Assembly: GCF_000014265.1 (NCBI RefSeq) | Contig: NC_008312.1 | Span: forward strand, 4,380,001 to 4,412,000 | Origin: Trichodesmium erythraeum IMS101 | GTDB lineage: Bacteria > Cyanobacteriota > Cyanobacteriia > Cyanobacteriales > Microcoleaceae | Length of the DNA: 32,000 nucleotides | Direction: 5' to 3' | In this document: positions 16,697 to 24,603 of the stretch, piece by piece | Layout: every line of letters begins with the position of its first letter | Numbering within the stretch: position 1 is the first letter of the stretch | Translations under genes and position numbers: made by a program | Notes under the pieces: generated by a model | Database searches by the model: none | The model's input: only the letters and a program-made list of their open reading frames with translations | What the model was told of the DNA's origin: nothing

Positions 16697-18478
16697 ATGC
16701 AGTCTGAACAAATTCTGAGAAACCGTTATAAAGTCATTAAATCTCTAGGAACTGGAGGGTTTGGCTATACCTACTTAGCTGAAGATCTAGACTTACCCGG
16801 ATATCCCAAATGCGTGGTCAAACATCTGAAGCCAAAAAGCCCGGACTCTACAGTTCTAAATATTGCTAGAAAGTTATTTCTAAGAGAAGCAGATATCTTA
16901 TACAAATTAGGTAATGACTCAGACCAAATACCAAGATTATTTGCCTATTTCCAAGAACAAAGAGAATTTTATTTAGTACAAGAATATATAGAAGGGCAAG
17001 ATATAAGTCGGGAGCTGACTCCGGGAAAAAAATTAAGTGAGTCTGACACTATTGCTTTACTCAAAGGAATATTAGAAGCATTAACAGTTGCTCATCAAAA
17101 TAATGTAATTCACCGAGATATTAAACCCCAAAATTTGATGCGCCGTAGGTCAGACAATAAAATAGTATTAATAGACTTTGGGGCGGTAAAAGAAATAGAT
17201 GTATTGACTATAAACCAACAAGGTGCAACAACTTTAACTGTTGCAGTGGGAACTCCTGGCTATATGCCCAGCGAACAAAGCAATGGTAAACCGAAGCTCA
17301 GTAGCGACATATATGCAGTAGGAATGGTAGGGATAAGAGCATTGACAGGTAAGGAACCCCAGAGTTTACTCACAGACCCCAAAACAGGAAATGTGATCTG
17401 GCGAAATGAAGCTCAAGTAAGCAACCGTCTGGCAGATATACTAGATAAGATGGTGCATGAATATTTTCCCCAGCGTTATGAAAATGCCATGGAAGTCTTA
17501 GATGTTTTACAAGAAGCGAGGAAAAAACCTAACCCACCTAAGCCAACACAGAGACCAGCGGCAGAAAGCACACTCAACGTCAACCCATCCCAACCCCGGG
17601 GTCAAGGAGGAAGTTGGTTTGCGGGGAGATTTTTCAATCAAAAACCAGCAAAAATTTCTATTCAGACATTTACTACTGTCACAGTTAACCGAAGAGGAGA
17701 AATAATAAGTCGCGCTCAAGGTCAAGCAGAAGTAATAACAGAAAATATTGGTAATGGAGTTTCTCTAGAAATGGTAAAAATTCCCGGAGGTAGGTTTTTG
17801 ATGGGGTCTCCAAAGAAAGAAGCAGAAAGACTTGACAAGGAAGGTCCGCAACATTATGTAGATGTGCCAGAATTTTTGATGGGAAAATATGCAGTTACTC
17901 AAGCACAGTGGGAAGCAGTTATGGGAAATAACCCTGCTAGGTTTAAAGGTGCAAACCGTCCTGTGGAAAAAGTAAGTTGGAATGATGCGACAGAATTTTG
18001 TCGGAAACTCTCACGAATAACAGGAAAACAATATAGTCTACCCAGTGAGAGCCAATGGGAATATGCTTGTCGAGCCCGAACAACAACACCATTTTATTTT
18101 GGAGAAACTATAACGCCTGAGTTAGTTAACTACGATGGCAACTATACTTATGCTGATGCTCCGAAAGGAAAATATCGAAAAGAAACAACAGATGTGGGAA
18201 TTTTTCCACCGAATGCATTTGGTTTGTACGATATGCATGGGAATGTGTACGAGTTTTGTCAGGATGTTTGGCATGAAAACTATAATGGAGCACCTACTGA
18301 TGGCAGTGCCTGGGAAACTGGAGGTGATAGTAGTAGAAGAGTCTGTCGTGGCGGCTCCTGGGTCAACTATCCTGGGAGGTGTCGCTCTGCGGACCGCATC
18401 AACTATGACTCGGTCGGGGCGGACTACATCGGTATTGGTTTTCGTCTTGTGAGTTTCCCCCCCAGGACTTTTGAATAG
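16697..18478 (+). CDS. Hanks-type Ser/Thr protein kinase fused to a C-terminal FGE/SUMF1-like (CLec-fold) domain, paralog 1
   Basis: GTGGFGYTY, VVKHLK, HRDIKPQN, DFG and GTPGYMPSEQ define the kinase. After a Pro-rich linker come LEMVKIPGGRFLMGSP, VSWNDA, QWEYACRA and RGGSW...GFR, typical of the FGE-sulfatase family. The ATG at 16697 is preferred over the TTG at 16679. Confidence 0.85.
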   Translation: MQSEQILRNRYKVIKSLGTGGFGYTYLAEDLDLPGYPKCVVKHLKPKSPDSTVLNIARKLFLREADILYKLGNDSDQIPRLFAYFQEQREFYLVQEYIEGQDISRELTPGKKLSESDTIALLKGILEALTVAHQNNVIHRDIKPQNLMRRRSDNKIVLIDFGAVKEIDVLTINQQGATTLTVAVGTPGYMPSEQSNGKPKLSSDIYAVGMVGIRALTGKEPQSLLTDPKTGNVIWRNEAQVSNRLADILDKMVHEYFPQRYENAMEVLDVLQEARKKPNPPKPTQRPAAESTLNVNPSQPRGQGGSWFAGRFFNQKPAKISIQTFTTVTVNRRGEIISRAQGQAEVITENIGNGVSLEMVKIPGGRFLMGSPKKEAERLDKEGPQHYVDVPEFLMGKYAVTQAQWEAVMGNNPARFKGANRPVEKVSWNDATEFCRKLSRITGKQYSLPSESQWEYACRARTTTPFYFGETITPELVNYDGNYTYADAPKGKYRKETTDVGIFPPNAFGLYDMHGNVYEFCQDVWHENYNGAPTDGSAWETGGDSSRRVCRGGSWVNYPGRCRSADRINYDSVGADYIGIGFRLVSFPPRTFE

Positions 18479-18508
18479 CCCTTTGCCCTTTTGCCCTCTT
18501 GCCCTTTG
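18479..18508. repeat. Heptamer array (TTGCCCT-type, ~4 units) immediately after the paralog 1 stop
   Basis: ccctttg ccctttt gccctct tgccctt tg, read directly. Confidence 0.5.
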
Positions 18509-18517
18509 TGGTTCATT

Positions 18518-18542
18518 CCCGCTCTGCGGGAAAAATTTTTTT
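18518..18542 (+). terminator. Weak candidate terminator hairpin CCCGC-TCT-GCGGG followed by A5T7
   Basis: 5-bp GC stem at 18518-18530. The U-run is separated from the stem by five A, so this is not a canonical terminator. The paralogous site after copy 2 has lost the stem. Confidence 0.3.
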
Positions 18543-18820
18543 AGACTCAGAGACAACGTAACAAATTATAAAAAACAAATATAAGCAAACACTGTTAACC
18601 CCCTATAATATTAGGCTGATGAAACATGTAGTGTGTAGTAGAACTTTGGCCCTACCCATAGAACCACATCTTGTAGTCAAGAGAACTTATTAGGTTAAAT
18701 AAAACATGACAGCATCAGTGTTATTTAGCATTATTGTAGGGGGTTTCTGGCATTTGCCCATAGCCATTGCATAATGAACCACAGAATAAGACCCTTCAGA
18801 ACCCAGGGCATTTGATATGA

Positions 18821-19008
18821 GATAAAAATTCCCCAGTAGCGATCGCCGCTCAAAAAAACAGTCAAACAATACATCCAACTTTTGCCCATCCAGGAACTTC
18901 AAAAGACAACTGATAAGATAAAAATTCCCCAGTAGCGATCGCCGCTCAAAAACCAATCAAATAATACATCCAACCTTTACCCTACTAGGAACCTCAACAG
19001 ATAACTCA
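18821..19008. repeat. Two tandem ~95-bp units, each starting GATAAAAATTCCCCAGTAGCGATCGCCGCTCAAAAA (HIP1 core)
   Basis: Units at ~18821-18915 and ~18916-19008, read directly. They account for the spurious 88-aa minus-strand ORF with an internal FERRSLLGNFYLIS duplication. Confidence 0.7.
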
Positions 19009-19209
19009 TTAATTTTTGGGAGCTAGCAACAGTGCTATTGGTAACTATTTATCCCAGGTAAGTTGGGGAGCTATGGGGAAAAAGTGATAAACACTACATC
19101 TAGTTAACATCAGAAAATTTATTAAAAAGGCAAAAAAAACCGCCAAAAGACAAAAATTAGCAGCCAGAAGACAAAAAAATCTCAACACCACCCATCCGTC
19201 TCACAAATA

Positions 19210-19222
19210 TGCTGTATAAAAT
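19210..19222 (+). promoter_or_regulatory. Candidate extended -10 element TGCTGTATAAAAT upstream of kinase paralog 2
   Basis: Duplicate of 16601-16613 within the duplicated block. Confidence 0.25.
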
Positions 19223-19305
19223 TAATAATCTGAAACATTATCTACTGCTAGCCGATCATCAAAACCTTTATAATTAAAAATAAACAATTGATCACTCAAA
19301 AAACT

Positions 19306-21162
19306 ATGCAGTCTGGAAAAGTCCTGAGAAACCATTATAAAATCATTAAATCTATTAACAATGGAGGGTTTGGGGATACCTACTTAGCTCAAGATATAGA
19401 CTTACCAGGATATCCAAAATGTGTCGTCAAACACCTTAAACCAAAAAACTTAGATCCTAGAGTTCTAAATGTTGCTAGAAAACTATTTGAAAGAGAAGCA
19501 GACACCTTATACAAACTAGGCAACGACTCAGACCAAATACCAAAATTACTTGCCCATTTCCAAGAACAAAGAGAATTTTACCTAGTACAAGAACATATAG
19601 AAGGGCAAGATATAAGTCGGGAGATGACTCCCGGAAAAAAATTAAGTGAGTCTGACACTATTGCTTTACTCAAAGGAATATTAGAAGCATTAACAGTTGC
19701 TCATCAAAATAATGTAATTCACCGAGACATTAAACCCCAAAATTTGATGCGCCGTAGGTCAGACAATAAAATAGTATTAATAGACTTTGGAGCAGTCAAA
19801 GAAATAGACGTATTGAGTACAGACCAAAACGGTCAAACAATTTTAACCGTTGCAGTGGGAACCCCTGGTTATATGCCCAGCGAACAAAGCAATGGTAAAC
19901 CGAAGCTCAGTAGTGACATATATGCAGTAGGAATGGTAGGGATAAGAGCATTGACAGGTAAAAAGCCCCAGAGTTTACTCACAGACCCCAAAACAGGAAA
20001 CGTGATCTGGCGAAATGAAGCTCAAGTAAGCAACCATCTGGCAAATATACTAGATAAGATGGTGCATGAATATTTTCCCCAGCGTTATGAAAATGCCATG
20101 GAAGTCTTAGATGTTTTATTAGGAGCAAAAGGAAAAATAAACCCACCTAAACCAAAACAGAGACCAACAGCAAAAACGACAGTAAACGTCAACCCATCCC
20201 AACCCCTCCCTAATAACACCATAACACAACTAAGAGATCCAGCAGAAAGTAAGTTGATGGGGAGATTTTGCAATCAAAAACCACCAAAAACCCTCACTCA
20301 GAAATTTACTACCGTCACAGTTAACCGTCAAAAACCACCAAAAAATTCTATTCAGACATTTACTACTGTCACAGTTAACCGAAGAGGGGAAATAATAAGT
20401 CGTACTCAAGGTCAAGCAGAAGTAATAACAGAAAACCTAGGTAATGGAGTTTCTCTAGAAATGGTAAAAATTCCCGGAGGTAGTTTTCTGATGGGTTCTC
20501 CAAAAACAGAAGCAGGAAGATATGACGATGAAGGTCCGCAACACTATGTAAATGTGCCAGAATTTTTCATGGGAAAGTATGTAGTTACTCAAATACAATG
20601 GCGAGCAGTTATGGGAAATAACCCTTCTTGTTTTCAAGGTGCAAGTCTTCCTGTGGAAAGAGTAAGTTGGGATGAAGCGAAAAAATTTTGTCAGAAACTC
20701 TCACAAATAACAGGAAAAAAATATAGTTTACCCAGTGAGAGTCAATGGGAATATGCTTGTAAAGCCGAAACAACAACACCATTTTATTTTGGAGAGACTA
20801 TAACCTCTGAGTTAGTTAACTATTATGGCAACTTTACTTATGCTGATGCTCCCAAAGGAACATATCGAAAAAAAACAACAAACGTAGGAATTTTTCCACC
20901 CAATGCATTTGGTTTATATGATATGCATGGTAATGTCTGGGAGTGGTGTGCCGATGAATGGCATAACAACTATTATGGTGCTCCTACAGATGGTAGTGTT
21001 TGGCTAAATGGAAATGAAAACCTCTCACCGCAGCGGGGTGGTTCCTTAGTCAACTATCCTGATCTTTGCCGTTCTTCGTTTCGCCTCTACTTCAATAGTC
21101 GTGGCGAACGCAGCAGCACTACAGGTTTTCGCGTTATCTGCGATATCGGGAGAACTCTTTGA
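19306..21162 (+). CDS. Hanks-type Ser/Thr protein kinase fused to a C-terminal FGE/SUMF1-like (CLec-fold) domain, paralog 2
   Basis: Same architecture as 16697-18478. G-loop reads NNGGFG. Carries an in-frame 54-bp tandem duplication in the linker. GNVWEWC is retained but RGGSL replaces RGGSW. The ATG at 19306 is preferred over the TTG at 19288. Confidence 0.8.
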   Translation: MQSGKVLRNHYKIIKSINNGGFGDTYLAQDIDLPGYPKCVVKHLKPKNLDPRVLNVARKLFEREADTLYKLGNDSDQIPKLLAHFQEQREFYLVQEHIEGQDISREMTPGKKLSESDTIALLKGILEALTVAHQNNVIHRDIKPQNLMRRRSDNKIVLIDFGAVKEIDVLSTDQNGQTILTVAVGTPGYMPSEQSNGKPKLSSDIYAVGMVGIRALTGKKPQSLLTDPKTGNVIWRNEAQVSNHLANILDKMVHEYFPQRYENAMEVLDVLLGAKGKINPPKPKQRPTAKTTVNVNPSQPLPNNTITQLRDPAESKLMGRFCNQKPPKTLTQKFTTVTVNRQKPPKNSIQTFTTVTVNRRGEIISRTQGQAEVITENLGNGVSLEMVKIPGGSFLMGSPKTEAGRYDDEGPQHYVNVPEFFMGKYVVTQIQWRAVMGNNPSCFQGASLPVERVSWDEAKKFCQKLSQITGKKYSLPSESQWEYACKAETTTPFYFGETITSELVNYYGNFTYADAPKGTYRKKTTNVGIFPPNAFGLYDMHGNVWEWCADEWHNNYYGAPTDGSVWLNGNENLSPQRGGSLVNYPDLCRSSFRLYFNSRGERSSTTGFRVICDIGRTL

Positions 21163-21520
21163 CCCTTTTCTCTTTTTCCCTTTTGCTCTTTATCCTCTCT
21201 TTTTCTTTTTCCTTCCCTGGTGCTCTGGAAAAAAAAATTTTTTTTGAGATATTGAAACTAAGTAACAAATTATCAAAAAAAATTAGAGGCAAAAGCTGTT
21301 AAACCCCTATAATACCGACTCATCAATATAGTGTGTAGTAAAACTTTTGCTCTACCTATAGCACTACCTCTTGTGGTCAGTAAAGTTATTGGGTTAGATA
21401 AAACATGGTAGCATCCGTATTATTTAGCATTATTGTAGGAGGTTATGGCATTTGCCCATAGCCATTACATAATGAAGCAAGGAATAATATAGCTTTGAAC
21501 CTAGGGGACTTGATATTAAA

Positions 21521-21715
21521 TAAATTTTCCCCAGTAGCGATCGCCATCAAAAATTAATCAAATATAACTTCAGGCTAAAGCTCTACTACGAACTTCAACT
21601 TACAACTCATCAGATAAATTTTAGATAAATTTTAGATAAATTTTCCCCAGTAGCGATCGCCACTCAAAAATTAATCACACATCACTTCAGGCTAAAGCTC
21701 TACTACAAACAAAAA
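21521..21715. repeat. Two diverged ~95-110-bp units with the TTCCCCAGTAGCGATCGCC core, plus an 11-bp x3 microrepeat (AGATAAATTTT, 21612-21644)
   Basis: Cores lie at about 21527-21546 and 21643-21662, each followed by TCAAAAATTAATCA...CTTCAGGCTAAAGCTCTACTAC. Paralogous to 18821-19008. Confidence 0.6.
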
Positions 21716-22323
21716 ACTTTTTTATTAATAAAAAAACCTTTGACTAAGAATTAGAACTTATAGTTTTTGGGAAACAGTAACAAAATAATTGAACTCAGAA
21801 ATAGTCACAAAACCCCAACTAGAAAACACCATTGATCTTTCTAATATCATTTATGTAATTATTTAGCAGTTTTCCAGAGTCATCACAGTTATTCCCCTCC
21901 TATTATACCATTAGAACATCAATTATTTAGCCGAAAGCATCTAGAGTATTTTTCAGTATAGTTCTGTACTTTAGGTACTTTAGATAGTTAAAAATCTTAA
22001 CTACTCCGGCTAATAATATATGATAAAATAGGAAAGCCATCAACTCCCCTTATGTTCCAGTGTGATCAGAAACAAAACTAATCAAAAATTAGCCTTATGA
22101 TCATAAACATTTCACATAAACCAAATTTCTCCGCTATATTTACACCAATGCTACCAGACTAGACATCAATAGTGTTACTAGTCCCCTAGCTTGCCATTTA
22201 GCCTACCTTTTCAACAAACCTCCTTTATCAACCCAACATAAGCATAATATTTTTGTCTAGTGTATCAAACTCATGTTAAAAAGATAAAGTACAGCTAAAA
22301 AACTTATAAGTAGGAAACTAAAA

Positions 22324-22839
22324 ATGCCCGAAAAAAATCAATTGATACAAAATTTATTAGAAAACTTACAACTATTACCCCATCCAGGAGGTGGGTTTTA
22401 TAAAGAAGTATATCGTAGTCAAGGGATCATTCCTAAAACAGCATTAAGCCAAAAATTTTCAGGCGATCGCTCATATTGTACCAGTATTTATTCTTTATTA
22501 ACCTCAGAAGACTTTTTTGGCTTTCATAAAGTCAAGCAAGATGAGATATACCATTTTTATGGAGGAAGTTCACTTACCGTTCATACTATCAGCCAAGAAG
22601 GAAACTATCTTAAGCGTAAACTTGGTATGGATCTAGAGAATGGAGAACAACCCCAATTAGTTATTCCTGCCGAATGTTGGTTTGCTTCTAACGTAGAAGC
22701 AGAATATTCCTACGCTTTGATAGGTTGTACAGTAGCTCCAGGATTTCATTTTGATGATTTTGAGTCAGCACAAAGAAAAACACTATCAGAGAAATATCCT
22801 CAACTGAAAGATATTATCCATAAATTTACTAAAGAATAA
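22324..22839 (+). CDS. Cupin superfamily protein (DUF985-type)
   Basis: 171 aa. LLPHPGGGFYKEVYRS near the N-terminus and IGCTVAPGFHFDDFE are characteristic of DUF985 cupins. Confidence 0.75.
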   Translation: MPEKNQLIQNLLENLQLLPHPGGGFYKEVYRSQGIIPKTALSQKFSGDRSYCTSIYSLLTSEDFFGFHKVKQDEIYHFYGGSSLTVHTISQEGNYLKRKLGMDLENGEQPQLVIPAECWFASNVEAEYSYALIGCTVAPGFHFDDFESAQRKTLSEKYPQLKDIIHKFTKE

Positions 22840-23085
22840 AAAAATATCCCACCGTTTCATCATACAATTATCCCTATTAGGGATAATACTAGAAAATTAA
22901 ACCCTCACCCCTTTAGAAAAAAGTACTCAGAGATTTTTTAGTGAGCCAAGCAATAGTAGATGTATACCACAGTTAGAACATAGTTTGATAATTAAAATAC
23001 TATTCGTCTCAAACTTTCAGGACTCACACAAAAACACTAACTGTCTCCCGTAAGAGCCTCCCATCAGTACCTTTTTTTTTACTAT

Positions 23086-23110
23086 GCCTCCTGCCTCCTG
23101 CCTCCTGCCT
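23086..23110. repeat. Heptamer array GCCTCCT x3.5, STRR-like
   Basis: gcctcct gcctcct gcctcct gcct, read directly. Confidence 0.6.
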
Positions 23111-23665
23111 TGATCCATATATCCATCCTCAATTTAAGAACCATTCACCCCAGTCTGTAACTTATCCCTCCACAGCCTGAAAACCCCTTGAAACAGCAAG
23201 TTACTAGTGCACATAGTTTTCCTGGCTTCATCGTAACATTAAAATCTCTATCTACATGAAACCCACAAGCAGCAAACAATTAATCAGGAAAGATACCCCT
23301 CATGCTCCTGCCAATATTCTTTCTTACTAGTCGTTAGCATTTCACTTATCTTTATTTATTTCATTAAAAGCGATCGCTTGTCTCCCCTCATAAATTAGAA
23401 ATAAACCCACAATATCACCACGAATATTTAATTATTTAAACTATATTAAATTTTTTAGTTAGCACCTTACGCTAAACTGTAATTAAGAATAAGTGAAAAC
23501 CTTTAGTTGTATAGCTTAATACTATAATGATTAATTCGCAGTACATCTCAACACCTTTCAAAAAAAATAGTATATATTGAAAATGTAACCAGATTTAAAA
23601 TAACTTTGACAATTTAAAAAAGTTGTATTAATCTGACGAAACTCTGACCAAGAGGATAAAAATCA

Positions 23666-23878
23666 ATGGAATTAGATGTAATTTATAACCAACAAGAATC
23701 AGGCTTTCTACAGTTAACAATTACTGAATATTTTCAACGGTCTACTAAAGGTCAATGGAATTCCCTAGGACGTCATAGCGTTTTGCGGATATTAAAATCT
23801 AACTCTCCCTCTACTTCTACCCCCCTCAATAGGGGAAAGAAAAAACGAGATTATCAGTTTAAAACTTTTACCCTTTAG
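23666..23878 (+). CDS. Hypothetical small protein (70 aa)
   Basis: ATG preceded by AGAGGA about 8 nt upstream. No recognisable domain. Isolated in a long ORF-free stretch. Confidence 0.25.
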   Translation: MELDVIYNQQESGFLQLTITEYFQRSTKGQWNSLGRHSVLRILKSNSPSTSTPLNRGKKKRDYQFKTFTL

Positions 23879-24603
23879 CAATATGTTTTAGTAACGTGAA
23901 GAACTATCTCATATTATCAGTATAATAATATTCCTTACAAGTCATTCTATGCTGGGAAGGTAATCAAAAAAATAACTAGACAAATCACGAAAACTAGTTA
24001 ACAATCAAATTATTCTAATAAATTACCTCTCTCAGCATAGCAAAACTTGAGATAATTTCTATAGGAATTATCAGCAAAGATTTAGATAATTTCTATAGAA
24101 ACTGTAATATAACCTAAATTAATGAAAGAAGTATTACTCTGCTTTACCTGAAGAGGATACCCGAGAAACAATTAATCATTTAACAATCAAACTTTCCCAC
24201 ACAGGAAACCCATAACTTATAGAATTAATTCAGCTCCATAAGTTAAACAATTCTAAAATAGTAATAATTTATAGTTCTCATGTAAGTTGGGTTATTCACT
24301 CAAGAACCCATATTTATTAAGAAAAAACAGTCTTAAAGTCCAACAGTATTATTCAAATAGAGAAGATTCATGTTAGTATATTTAGGACTATTTGGCCATA
24401 TTTTTTTTCTATTATATTCAGAAAATAATCTATTCTAAACTTAACACATTAAATCTAAAAATCAAGTACAATAGACCCAGATTTGAAAAATAAATTCAAA
24501 AAAATCAAGCATAAATACTAGACAGAACAAACTTTTGTTTCCCGTACTAGCAAAAAAAGATCCCTCAAGATCTAGAAAAACGTATTTTAAATAATCAAAA
24601 AAC

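Noticed and set aside
18690-18956. 88-aa minus-strand ORF downstream of kinase paralog 1
   Set aside because: Its internal duplication (FERRSLLGNFYLIS twice) is simply the translation of the ~95-bp tandem repeat. In the paralogous region after copy 2 an indel destroys the frame (MAMGKCHNLLQ* vs MAMGKCQKPPTIM...), so the sequence is not evolving as coding.
17502-20637. Short ORFs overlapping the two kinase-FGE genes (17502-17705, 17507-17725, 18122-18556, 18135-18452, 20085-20273, 20230-20415, 20455-20637)
   Set aside because: All lie within or antisense to strongly supported CDSs and have low-complexity or unrecognisable translations.
18821-21715. Possible CRISPR array, given the repeated ~36-nt unit with a palindromic GCGATCGC core
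   Set aside because: There are only two units per locus. The intervening 'spacers' are homologous to each other (tandem duplication of a ~95-bp unit). No cas genes are present.
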